Shown: positions 36,817 to 45,310 of the stretch, in pieces
Position numbering within the stretch: the stretch's first letter is position 1
Layout: each line of letters begins with the position of its first letter
Assembly: GCA_035764935.1 (NCBI GenBank)
Contig: DASTYK010000162.1
Coordinates: 6,207 to 70,206, forward strand
Source of the DNA: Longimicrobiales bacterium
GTDB taxonomy: Bacteria > Gemmatimonadota > Gemmatimonadetes > Longimicrobiales > RSA9
DNA: 64,000 nucleotides
Direction of reading: 5' to 3'
Notes under the pieces: model-generated
Databases searched by the model: none
Told to the model about the DNA's origin: nothing
The model's input: only the letters and a program-made list of their open reading frames with translations
Position numbers and translations under genes: made by a program

Positions 36817-38112
36817 ATAGACCGCACGGTTTCGACAGAGGCCCCGCGCGAGCGGGCTGTACTGGTCGCGGCGCCGCTGAAGGAGATGCCAGCGGAGGAG
36901 GCGACCGAGCACCTGGAGGAGCTGGGCAGGCTCGTCGACACGGCCGGCGCAGAAGTGGTCGGCTCACTGCGGCAGCGGCTCGACTCACCCCACCCGAAGT
37001 ACTTCATCGGCGAAGGCAAGGTTGCGGAGCTCCGGGAGCTGATCCAGCAGACGGGCGCGGGCCTCGTGGTGTTCGACGAGGAGCTCTCCCCGGCGCAGGG
37101 CAAGAACCTGGAGGATGCGCTGAAGACGCGGATCGTCGATCGAGCGGAGCTCATCCTCGACATCTTCGCGACCCGGGCGCGTTCCGCGGAAGCGCAGATG
37201 CAGGTCGAGCTGGCGCAGCTGCAGTACATGCTTCCGCGCCTGAAGCGCATGTGGACGCACCTGTCGCGCATCCGGGGCGGTATCGGCTTCCGCGGACCGG
37301 GTGAGACGCAGCTCGAGACGGACCGGCGCCTGATCAGTCGCAGGATCGGCGATCTGCGCGAGAAGCTCGAGGTGGTCGCGCGGCGGCGGGCGACGCAGCG
37401 GCGCGGCCGCTCGCGTGAGTTCCGCGCGGCGCTCGTCGGCTACACCAACGCGGGCAAGTCATCGATTCTGAGCGAGCTGGCCGGCGTCGATCTTTTTGTC
37501 GAGGATCGGTTGTTCGCCACGCTCGATCCGTCCACCCGTTCGGTCGATGTCGGTGGCGGCACGAAGGTGCTGGTGACCGATACGGTCGGGTTCATCCGCA
37601 AGCTGCCGCACAACCTGGTGGCATCCTTCCGCGCCACGCTGGAAGAGGCGCGGGAGGCGGACGTGCTGCTGCACGTGATCGATGCCGCAGCGCCGATCTG
37701 GCTCGAGCAGAAGCAGGTCGTAGACGAGGTGCTCGCAGAGCTCGACCTGAGCGACGCCCGCACCATCCTGGTGTTCAACAAGGTCGACCAGCTCACGCAT
37801 CGCGAGGAGGAAGAGCTGCGCCAGCGTGTTGCCGCGCTGTTCGATGAGCCTGCGGTGTTCGTCTCGGCGCAGGCGCCGGGGGGACTCGATCCGCTGCGTG
37901 CGCTGCTGCTGCAGGAAGTGCGCGTGGGCAGGCCCGAGGTGCACCTGCGCATTCCCGCCAGCGACGGCGAGACGATCGCATCGATCTACCGGGACGGCGA
38001 AGTGCTGCAGCGCGACGAAGACGGTGCGACCGTCGGACTCGTCGCGCGGCTGCCGATCGCCATCGTGGGGCGGCTGCGGCGCCGCGAAGGCGTCAGTGTG
38101 AGCGGCGCGTGA
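36817..38112 (+). CDS. hflX: GTPase HflX. The start is uncertain: proposed ATA at 36817, and the first canonical start is ATG at 36886.
   Basis: HPKYFIGEGKVAEL, QVELAQLQYMLPRL, GPGETQLETDRR, GYTNAGKSS, DTVGFI, NKVD. The conserved HflX N-terminal segment RERAVLVAAPL lies upstream of the first ATG. AGGAG (36805-36809) is 7 nt before ATA 36817. Confidence 0.9.
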   Translation: MDRTVSTEAPRERAVLVAAPLKEMPAEEATEHLEELGRLVDTAGAEVVGSLRQRLDSPHPKYFIGEGKVAELRELIQQTGAGLVVFDEELSPAQGKNLEDALKTRIVDRAELILDIFATRARSAEAQMQVELAQLQYMLPRLKRMWTHLSRIRGGIGFRGPGETQLETDRRLISRRIGDLREKLEVVARRRATQRRGRSREFRAALVGYTNAGKSSILSELAGVDLFVEDRLFATLDPSTRSVDVGGGTKVLVTDTVGFIRKLPHNLVASFRATLEEAREADVLLHVIDAAAPIWLEQKQVVDEVLAELDLSDARTILVFNKVDQLTHREEEELRQRVAALFDEPAVFVSAQAPGGLDPLRALLLQEVRVGRPEVHLRIPASDGETIASIYRDGEVLQRDEDGATVGLVARLPIAIVGRLRRREGVSVSGA

Positions 38113-39005
38113 ACGAGCGCGTCGCCATCATCGGCACCGGCCGCATGGGGCTGGCGCTCGGCGCCGCGCTCGTGCGCAGCGGTGCGGCCGATCGCGTGGT
38201 CTTCTACGGCCGGGCAATCGAGCCGCCGCCGCACCCCGTATTCGATGCGGCAGCCCACCAGGACACCGAGGACGACGAGCCTGCGGTCGAGTACCGCATC
38301 TGGCCGGCCCCCCTGCCGAGCGGTACGACCGTGGCTCTTCTCGCCGTTCCCGACCAGGCGCTGCCGGAGGTCGCATACGACCTTGCGCGCACGGGGCCGG
38401 CCCCCGGCGGCTGTGCAGCACTGCACCTCGCCGGTGCACTGACGGCGGACGTGCTCGCTCCCCTGCACGATACCGGGTATGCCGTGGGCTCGATCCATCC
38501 GCTGCAGGCGGTCGCGGACCCGTGGCTGGCAGCGGACAGGATGGCGGGTGTGACCTTCGCGCTCGCGGGTGAGCCTGCTGCGATCGCGGCGGGTCGCCGG
38601 ATCGCCGATGCGCTGGGCGGCTACACCGTGCTCGTGCCGCCGGCCATGAGGCCGCTCTACCACGCCGGTGCTGTGCTCGCCTCGAACGGGCTCGTGGCCG
38701 TGCTCGCGGCTGCGGTGCGTGTGTTCGAGGAGGTTGGCATCTCCGAAGGTGAGGCCGTGCAGGGGCTGCTTCCCCTGGTGCGTGGCACGCTCGACAACCT
38801 GGAGAACCTGGGCGTACGGGGCGCGCTGACCGGGCCAGTAGGCCGCGGCGACGTGGATACCGTGCGCCTGCACCTCGCTCGGTTGTCGGGGCAGGAGCGG
38901 ACGCTATATTGCGCGCTCGGGATGGAACTCCTGCGGCTCTCGCGCGCGGCCGGACTCGACCCGCAGCGCGCCGCGGAGATGGAAGCCCTGCTTACGGGCG
39001 GTTGA
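38109..39005 (+). CDS. Rossmann-fold oxidoreductase-like protein with a DUF2520-type C-terminus
   Basis: 298-aa ORF. N-terminus [18 protein letters not shown]-terminus [24 protein letters not shown] overlap with hflX. Confidence 0.7.
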   Translation: MNERVAIIGTGRMGLALGAALVRSGAADRVVFYGRAIEPPPHPVFDAAAHQDTEDDEPAVEYRIWPAPLPSGTTVALLAVPDQALPEVAYDLARTGPAPGGCAALHLAGALTADVLAPLHDTGYAVGSIHPLQAVADPWLAADRMAGVTFALAGEPAAIAAGRRIADALGGYTVLVPPAMRPLYHAGAVLASNGLVAVLAAAVRVFEEVGISEGEAVQGLLPLVRGTLDNLENLGVRGALTGPVGRGDVDTVRLHLARLSGQERTLYCALGMELLRLSRAAGLDPQRAAEMEALLTGG

Positions 39006-39778
39006 TGCGACTCCACATCAATATCGATCACGTCGCTACGGTGCGGCAGGCGCGCGGCACGGATGAGCCCGACCCCGTGCGTGCTGCTGTTCTGGCGGAG
39101 CTCGGCGGGGCCGACGGCATCACCGTGCACCTGCGGGAGGACCGCCGCCACGTTCAGGACCGCGACGTGCGCCTCCTGATGCAGACGGTGCGAACGGGCG
39201 TGAACCTCGAGCTGGCCGCTGCCAGCGACGTCCTGGCGATCGCGCGTGAGCTGAAGCCGATGACGGCCACGCTCGTGCCGGAGCGTCGCGAGGAGGTCAC
39301 GACGGAAGGTGGACTCGCGCTTCGCGACGTCGATGCACGCCGACGCGTGGAACTCGCCGTACAGGAACTGCACGACGCCGGCATCCGGGTGTCCCTGTTC
39401 ATCGATCCCGATGTGCACGACATCGACGTGTCCGCCGGCATGGGTGTGGACGCGGTCGAGCTGCACACGGGTGAGTACGCCGAGGCGTTCAAGCTGCGCC
39501 ACGGGCGGGACCACGCACGTGGCGTGCGGGAGCAGCTCGAGCGGCTGGAGCGGGCCGCCGCACACGGTGCCGCTCGCAACCTGGCAGTGCATGCCGGACA
39601 CGGCCTGACGTACGAGAACGTCGGGGCCGTCGCGGCCGTGTCGGAGATCGAGGAGCTGAACATCGGCCACAGCGTCGTGAGCCGCGCCTTCTTCACGGGG
39701 ATGGAACGCGCCGTACGTGACATGGCGGAGCTCGTCCGTGCTGCGCGTGACGGCGCGGGCCGCAACGGAGACGCCTGA
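39005..39778 (+). CDS. pdxJ: Pyridoxine 5'-phosphate synthase
   Basis: [24 protein letters not shown]...[11 protein letters not shown]...NLE...ATLVPE...ELHTG...HAGHGL...LNIGH. Confidence 0.9.
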   Translation: MRLHINIDHVATVRQARGTDEPDPVRAAVLAELGGADGITVHLREDRRHVQDRDVRLLMQTVRTGVNLELAAASDVLAIARELKPMTATLVPERREEVTTEGGLALRDVDARRRVELAVQELHDAGIRVSLFIDPDVHDIDVSAGMGVDAVELHTGEYAEAFKLRHGRDHARGVREQLERLERAAAHGAARNLAVHAGHGLTYENVGAVAAVSEIEELNIGHSVVSRAFFTGMERAVRDMAELVRAARDGAGRNGDA

Positions 39779-41076
39779 TGGCAACACTGCACGACTTCTT
39801 CGTCTCCGAAGTCACGGACCACCTGGAGCGATTCGAAGCTGCGCTCGCCGAAACGACGGACGCAGGGCAGCTGCACCGCTCGGCGCGCGCGATTCGCGGA
39901 GCCGCACAGATCGCCCGCGAGGATGCAGCGTATCGCGCCGCCCGCGTCCTCGAGAATGCGACGCGCGAGCTCCTGACCGGCGCGCTCGCTTTCGATAACG
40001 CAATGACCGATCGCCTGCGCGCGAGCGTCGAGGACGTTCGCGCGATCGCGCGCGGCGCCGATGCCGAGGCACGCGCAAACGCGATCGTCGCGCGCTGGGA
40101 CCAGGTCGGGGTGGGCGCGGAGCAGCACCCGGCGCGACAGGGCGGGGCACAGGAGACGCGCGCTTTCCTCGAGTACGCCGCGCACGAGGTAGCCGGCATC
40201 GCATCCGAGCTCGACCGCAGCATTGCGGCACTCACGGATGACGGGATGAACCGCGAGCCGCTGAAGGCCGTGCTGCGCCGACAGCGTGGCCTGCTCGGCT
40301 CGGCGCGACTGGAAGAGATTCCTGTGCTCGCCGAATCGCTGCGTGCAGTGGAAGACCTGACCAGCATCATCGGCAAGCTGGACGTCGCCGTCCGCAATGA
40401 GTGGCTGGACGTTTTCCGCTGTGCACGCGATGTCCTGGCCTCGGCCGCTCCGCTCCTCGAGACGGGCAGGCAGCCGGACGTCACCACGGCGCTGCGCCGG
40501 CTGCGTGTGCTGCGCCACGAATTGCTGGAGCGTCACGGCATCGGTGAAGCGATATCGACGGCGCACGAGGACGGCCTGAGCCAGCCGCAGGCGCAGGACG
40601 AGCTGGTGCTGGAGGAGGTGGTCACGTCCGCGGGTGCTGGCCCGGCTGAATCGTTCGGCACACCGGAACACTCTGCGCGTGGCGACGATGCAACCGGCGG
40701 CGATGCAACGGATACCGGCGCGCCAGTGTCACCCACTGAAGACGCGCCTGCAGAGTCGGCGCCCATCGCAGCGAGTGCGTCTGCACAGCCGGAATCCGGC
40801 CCGGCCTCACCTCGAGCCCCGTCTGCACCCGGTGGGCCGACGTCTGCCACGAACGCTGGACCGGCGCCCGGTGCGCCGGGCTCCGTGCCCCCACGGCCGG
40901 CACCTGCTCCACCGCCCGAGGGAATCGACGTCCGCGAGCTGCAGTACCGCGGCGAGCGCGCGCTGCAGCGGGCCGCGGAGCTGCGACCCGTACTGGAGCG
41001 GATGCTCGCGGACACGCGTGGCGGACGCGAAGCGCTGGCGGAGCTCTACGACCTGCTGCGGCTCGCGCGGGAGTGA
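39778..41076 (+). CDS. Hypothetical protein with two HPt-like helical repeats and a Pro/Ala-rich linker
   Basis: 432-aa ORF; both start and stop overlap the neighbouring genes. The repeats resemble the CheA P1/HPt pattern (FF..E....L......LHRSARAIRGAA and AVLRRQRGLLGSA) but have Arg at the expected His position. The assignment is motif-based only. Confidence 0.5.
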   Translation: MATLHDFFVSEVTDHLERFEAALAETTDAGQLHRSARAIRGAAQIAREDAAYRAARVLENATRELLTGALAFDNAMTDRLRASVEDVRAIARGADAEARANAIVARWDQVGVGAEQHPARQGGAQETRAFLEYAAHEVAGIASELDRSIAALTDDGMNREPLKAVLRRQRGLLGSARLEEIPVLAESLRAVEDLTSIIGKLDVAVRNEWLDVFRCARDVLASAAPLLETGRQPDVTTALRRLRVLRHELLERHGIGEAISTAHEDGLSQPQAQDELVLEEVVTSAGAGPAESFGTPEHSARGDDATGGDATDTGAPVSPTEDAPAESAPIAASASAQPESGPASPRAPSAPGGPTSATNAGPAPGAPGSVPPRPAPAPPPEGIDVRELQYRGERALQRAAELRPVLERMLADTRGGREALAELYDLLRLARE

Positions 41077-42161
41077 GCGCTCGGACGGCTGGCCGTCGGC
41101 GTTCTCTGCTGGACTGGCGGGCGCTGATCGGCATCGGCATCAGTGTCGCACTGCTCTGGTGGGCTTTCCATGAAGAGGATCCCGCCGCCATCTGGGCGGA
41201 GCTGAAGCTCGCGGATCCGCTGCTCTTCCTTCTTGCCGCGGCCGCAGCGACCGGCGTCTTCTGGATCCGCGCATGGCGCTGGAAGGGCATCCTCGCCGCG
41301 GCCGCCCCCGACACGTCGTTCCGCTCGCGCTTTGCGGCCGTCTCGATCGGCTTCATGGGGAACAACCTGCTGCCGCTGCGGGTGGGTGAGTTCGCGCGCG
41401 TCTATGCGCTCGCGCGCATGGAACGTGTGTCCATGGTGGCGTCGTTCGGCTCGCTCGTGATCGAGCGGCTCTTCGACGGGATCTTCGTCGTGCTGCTGCT
41501 GTTCGTGGCGGTGTCGCTGCCCGGCTTCCCGCTGGTCGAGAGCAACACGTACCTCGCCGTTGCACGCGGGCTCGGCGTGATGATCACCCTGGCGATCGTG
41601 ATCCTCGGACTGCTCGTCTGGCAGCCCGTCCGGTCCGTGCGCCTGTTCCAGCGCATCGTCGCGAAGCTGCTTCCCGAAAAGCTCGAGCGGCCACTCATCG
41701 ACGCACTCGAGTCCTTCCTTGCCGGTGTGGGCGCACTGCGCAATCCATGGCTCGTGCTGCGCACGTCCGCATGGTCGCTCGTGCTGTGGCTGTTCAATGC
41801 ACTTGGCTTCTATATCGGTCTGCTGGCGTTCGGCATGCGCCTGCCCTTCGAGGCCGCACTCTTTCTGCAGTCCGCCGTCGCCCTGGCAGTCAGCATACCG
41901 TCCGGGCCAGGGTTCTTCGGCCCCTTCGAAGGCGCGACCCGCCTGGTGCTGGTCGGCATCTTCGGTGCTGATCGCGCGCAGGCTCTCGCTTACGCGATCG
42001 GATTCCACCTCGCCGGTTTCATCCCGATCACGCTGATCGGACTCTTCTACGCGTGGCGCCTGGGTCTGTCGTTGCGCGAGGTCGCGGAAACCGAGGAAGT
42101 GGTCGAGGAGCAGGTGGAGGAAGAGACCGGAATCGAGCCCGCGCACGGCGAGCAGCAGTGA
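41073..42161 (+). CDS. UPF0104 / lysyl-PG-synthase-TM-like ('flippase-like') integral membrane protein
   Basis: 362-aa ORF with ~8 hydrophobic helices. Motif: GFMGNNLLPLRVGEFARVYAL. GTGA overlap with the upstream gene. Confidence 0.75.
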   Translation: MSARTAGRRRSLLDWRALIGIGISVALLWWAFHEEDPAAIWAELKLADPLLFLLAAAAATGVFWIRAWRWKGILAAAAPDTSFRSRFAAVSIGFMGNNLLPLRVGEFARVYALARMERVSMVASFGSLVIERLFDGIFVVLLLFVAVSLPGFPLVESNTYLAVARGLGVMITLAIVILGLLVWQPVRSVRLFQRIVAKLLPEKLERPLIDALESFLAGVGALRNPWLVLRTSAWSLVLWLFNALGFYIGLLAFGMRLPFEAALFLQSAVALAVSIPSGPGFFGPFEGATRLVLVGIFGADRAQALAYAIGFHLAGFIPITLIGLFYAWRLGLSLREVAETEEVVEEQVEEETGIEPAHGEQQ

Positions 42162-43009
42162 TGCGTCTCAGCGCCCACGCGAAGATCAACCTCCGGCTGG
42201 TCGTGCTCGCACGGGAGACGAGCGGCTATCACCAGATCGAGACGATCTTCTGTCGTATCGGACTCGCGGATGAGGTGGTCATCGAGCCGCGGACTTCACC
42301 AGGGCTGACGCTGGACGTGCAGGGCGCCGAGCTGGGGCCAGCACAGAACAACCTGGTCATGCGCGCAGCGCGCGCGTGGTTCGACGAAGCAGGCGTCCAG
42401 CCGTACCACGACATCACCCTCCACAAGCGGATACCCGCAGGTGCCGGACTGGGCGGCGGCTCCAGCGACGCCGTGGCGACGCTGCGCGGACTCGATCGCA
42501 CGCACGAGAACGCGCTCGGTAAGGAACGCCTGCTCCGGATCGCCGCGTCCCTGGGAAGCGACGTTCCCTTTTTCATGACCGATGCTCCGCTCGCGCTCGC
42601 CTGGGGACGCGGGGAGCGCATGCTGGCGCACTCCGGACCGGGGGCCGCCCCGGCCGTCGTCGTGATGCCCGCGGCGTCAGTGTCCACCGCGCAGGCGTAC
42701 GCGAGTCTCGGCGACCGACTCGGCGAAGCGGGACCCGCTCTCATCGATGCGGCCGCACTCGACACATGGGATGCGCTCGCGAATGTCGCGTGCAACGACT
42801 TCGAGCGCGTCGTGCTTCCGGAGATCCCCGCACTCACACCCGTGCTCGCACTGCTCCGCTCGCATGGTGCGCGCATCGCGCAGCTCACGGGCAGTGGCTC
42901 CGCGGTGTTCGGAATCTTCGACCTGCCCGACGCCGCTGACGCCGCGGCCGCCGCGCTGCGCGCAGCGCAGGCCGACCTGCAGGTGTTCCGGACGGAGGCG
43001 GGGGTCTGA
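42161..43009 (+). CDS. ispE: 4-diphosphocytidyl-2-C-methyl-D-erythritol kinase
   Basis: MRLSAHAKINLRLVVL...YHQIETIF; GHMP motif KRIPAGAGLGGGSSDA. The ATG overlaps the upstream TGA by 1 nt. Confidence 0.9.
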   Translation: MRLSAHAKINLRLVVLARETSGYHQIETIFCRIGLADEVVIEPRTSPGLTLDVQGAELGPAQNNLVMRAARAWFDEAGVQPYHDITLHKRIPAGAGLGGGSSDAVATLRGLDRTHENALGKERLLRIAASLGSDVPFFMTDAPLALAWGRGERMLAHSGPGAAPAVVVMPAASVSTAQAYASLGDRLGEAGPALIDAAALDTWDALANVACNDFERVVLPEIPALTPVLALLRSHGARIAQLTGSGSAVFGIFDLPDAADAAAAALRAAQADLQVFRTEAGV

Positions 43010-43043
43010 AGACTCGCTGCCCGGCATCTGCCAGACTGCTTCG

Positions 43044-43072
43044 TTGATCCGACTGCGCGACACGATTAGCTT
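43044..43072 (+). promoter_or_regulatory. Candidate promoter of tRNA-Gln
   Basis: TTGATC (43044-43049), a 17-nt spacer, then TAGCTT (43067-43072). The -10 element ends 10 nt before the tRNA 5' end. Confidence 0.35.
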
Positions 43073-43082
43073 TTTCGCACAA

Positions 43083-43153
43083 TCCCGGGTCGTCTAATGG
43101 CAGGACTGAGGACTTTGGATCCTCCAGTGGTGGTTCGAATCCACCCCCGGGAA
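43083..43153 (+). tRNA. tRNA-Gln (anticodon UUG); no encoded CCA
   Basis: The cloverleaf folds by hand. The acceptor stem is TCCCGGG/CCCGGGA. The anticodon stem is GAGGA/TCCTC with loop CTTTGGA. The T arm is GGTGG-TTCGAAT-CCACC, and the discriminator is A. Confidence 0.9.
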
Positions 43154-43303
43154 TCTGCAGCACACCGCTGCACGGCTCTGCGATCGAAGCGTTGCGCCGC
43201 TCCCCGCCACATTTCAATCCGTTCACACTCGCCCACGCTGTCACACCGGTTTGCTATCATACGGTCAGGCATTACCGGACACCGACGCAGGTGCGGGTGC
43301 AGC

Positions 43304-43465
43304 ATGCAGAAATCGAAGCTGATCACGGTGGAACCGATCGCCGGACACTGGATCGTGTATGGGCCCGGGTACTTCTCCGTGCACGAGTGGCGTTCACTCG
43401 CGATCCTGACCGCGGAGCGCCTGGCGGTGCGTACGAGCGGGCGCGTCGTCGTCGTAGACCGGTAG
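43304..43465 (+). CDS. Small hypothetical protein (53 aa), possibly DUF2188-like
   Basis: MQKSKLITVEPIAGHWIVYGPGYFSVHEWRSLAILTAERLAVRTSGRVVVVDR. Third-position GC is high. The pattern (G.W.V...G...F....EA...A..LA....G.VVV) loosely resembles DUF2188. Confidence 0.4.
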   Translation: MQKSKLITVEPIAGHWIVYGPGYFSVHEWRSLAILTAERLAVRTSGRVVVVDR

Positions 43466-43549
43466 CACAGGCCCGTTTCCCCTGCCGTTTGCTCCGGCAC
43501 GGGCTTCGCGGTACCATCACGGACCACCGCGAAGCCAACCGGGGACTGC

Positions 43550-44209
43550 ATGGCACGTCCGACCCGCATACCATCCCGCAGACTGCCTGAATCGGTTCTA
43601 CGCCGCCTCGAGGTCACGACGGCCATGGCATGGGAGGCGCTCGTCGAGCAGCACGTCGTCGAGGCGAACGAATTCGTCTCGCTCCTGCGCGACCGCCTCG
43701 ACATGGAGGACGCGCTGGCGCGCTACCTCGCAGAGATGGACCTGGACGAGACCATGGCGACGGCGGTTCGCACCCGCGTTCTCGTCGCGCTGGAGCCGGT
43801 GCCGGAGCCGGCAGCTCCCGCGGCGGAGACCGCCCAGTCCCCCACGCGCGTCGTCGCACCCCGGCCGATGCGGCTGCCCAGCCTGCCCGCCGCGGGCGTC
43901 GATGACCAGGATGACGCCGGCTGGCGCCGATTCCGGCCCGACGCCCTCGTGCGCGGCATGCGGCGACGCCAGCAGCGCAGCGACGAGACGGAGACCATGA
44001 TCGAGCTGGCGCTGGCGCGCGCGGAAGAGGCGATCATGCAGACACACGTCGACAACGCGATCGGCTTTACCGCCCTCCTGGACGACTACGTGGGGATCGG
44101 CCGTGCGGTCTCCTACTATCTCGGCGCGGTGGTCCTCACCGGGAGTCGTGCGCACTCGGTGCTGCAGCGCACCATGGCCCGCCTGGCGGACGTGCATCTG
44201 CCGCGCTGA
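43550..44209 (+). CDS. Hypothetical protein (219 aa), orphan
   Basis: The ORF has coding-like codon bias after the first ~20 codons, so an alternative start at ATG 43625 is possible. I recognised no family. Confidence 0.5.
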   Translation: MARPTRIPSRRLPESVLRRLEVTTAMAWEALVEQHVVEANEFVSLLRDRLDMEDALARYLAEMDLDETMATAVRTRVLVALEPVPEPAAPAAETAQSPTRVVAPRPMRLPSLPAAGVDDQDDAGWRRFRPDALVRGMRRRQQRSDETETMIELALARAEEAIMQTHVDNAIGFTALLDDYVGIGRAVSYYLGAVVLTGSRAHSVLQRTMARLADVHLPR

Positions 44210-44281
44210 GCCCCGTCCGGTCCCGCTCGCGCACACCGGCTCGACGCGCCTGCCGCCCCCGGCAGGGCAGGTCCCGCGCGG

Positions 44282-44311
44282 TTGACACCCCCTGACGAAT
44301 CGGGCTAGGTT
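44282..44311 (+). promoter_or_regulatory. Candidate promoter of prs
   Basis: Consensus -35 TTGACA (44282-44287), an 18-nt spacer, then TAGGTT (44306-44311). It lies ~40 nt upstream of the prs ATG. Confidence 0.4.
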
Positions 44312-44349
44312 CCACGGCTGTCGTACTTTGCCCGTGACACCCAGGCTCG

Positions 44350-45300
44350 ATGACGGAATCTTCGTCGACGTCGCATCTGATGCTCCTGAGCGGGACGGCC
44401 AACCAGCCGCTCGCGCAGGAGGTTGCGCAGCATCTGAAACTCCAGCTCGCCGACGTGACCATCAAGCGGTTCGCGGACGGCGAGATCTTCGTGCGGCTGA
44501 ACCAGAACGTGCGCGGTCGCGACGTCTTCATCATCCAGCCGACACCGCCGCCGGCCGACAGCATCATGGAGCTGCTGCTGCTGCTCGACGCGGCGAAGCG
44601 GGCTTCGGCGGCCCGTGTCACGGCCATCGTGCCGTATTACGGCTACGCGCGGCAGGACCGGAAGGACCAGCCGCGCGTTGCCATCGGCGCGAAGCTGGTC
44701 GCGAACCTGATGGAGGCCGCGGGCGCGGACAAGGTGCTGGGCATCGACTTCCACACGCACCAGATCCAGGGGTTCTTCGACGTCCCGGTCGACCATCTCT
44801 ATGCCGCGCCGGTGCTCACCGGCTACTTCCGCGAGAAGAAGCTGGAACAGCCGGTCGTGGTCGCCCCCGACGTCGGCGCGGCCAAGATGGCACGCGGCTT
44901 CGCGCGCCGGCTGAATGCCAGCTTCGCGATCATCGACAAGCGCCGGCCGCAGCAGAACATCGCCGAGGTGATGGAGGTGGTCGGCGAGGTGGAGGGCCGC
45001 AACTGCATCATCGTCGACGACATGATCGATACCGCGGGCACGCTGGTGAGCGTGGTCGCGGCGCTGAAGGAGCGCGGCGCAAAGGAGATCCATGCGGCCG
45101 CCACGCACGCGCTGCTTTCCGGTCCGGCGGTCGACCGGCTGCAGAACAGCGACGTCTGCGAAGTCGTCGTCACGAATACACTCGCGCTGCCGAAGGAAAA
45201 GCAGTTCCCGAAGCTGCGCGTGCTCTCGGTCGCGGACCTGCTGGCGCGAGCGATCCGCTACACGCACCTGAACGAGTCGGTCAGCCAGCTGTTCGACTGA
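44350..45300 (+). CDS. prs: Ribose-phosphate pyrophosphokinase
   Basis: 316-aa ORF. Motifs: LLSGTANQPLAQEVA, VTAIVPYYGYARQDRK, the PRPP-binding IIVDDMIDTAGT. Confidence 0.95.
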   Translation: MTESSSTSHLMLLSGTANQPLAQEVAQHLKLQLADVTIKRFADGEIFVRLNQNVRGRDVFIIQPTPPPADSIMELLLLLDAAKRASAARVTAIVPYYGYARQDRKDQPRVAIGAKLVANLMEAAGADKVLGIDFHTHQIQGFFDVPVDHLYAAPVLTGYFREKKLEQPVVVAPDVGAAKMARGFARRLNASFAIIDKRRPQQNIAEVMEVVGEVEGRNCIIVDDMIDTAGTLVSVVAALKERGAKEIHAAATHALLSGPAVDRLQNSDVCEVVVTNTLALPKEKQFPKLRVLSVADLLARAIRYTHLNESVSQLFD

Positions 45301-45310
45301 AGGAGATATC

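Noticed and set aside
36886-38112. Accepting ATG 36886 as the hflX start, as listed in the ORF track.
   Set aside because: It would cut off the conserved ERAVLV segment encoded in frame upstream, and its SD abuts the ATG with no spacer. I treated it as the conservative fallback only.
43066-43704. A 212-aa minus-strand ORF, and the plus-strand ORFs 43097..43465 and 43192..43590, spanning the tRNA.
   Set aside because: They overlap the tRNA-Gln gene and its promoter. Only the 3' part of the 43097 frame (from ATG 43304) shows coding-like third-position GC.
43154-44349. An integrated mobile element or genomic island at tRNA-Gln.
   Set aside because: No integrase, recombinase, transposase or phage-like gene is present. 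I found no direct repeat of the tRNA 3' end downstream before prs. I kept this as an 'orphan insertion' finding, not as a mobile-element call.
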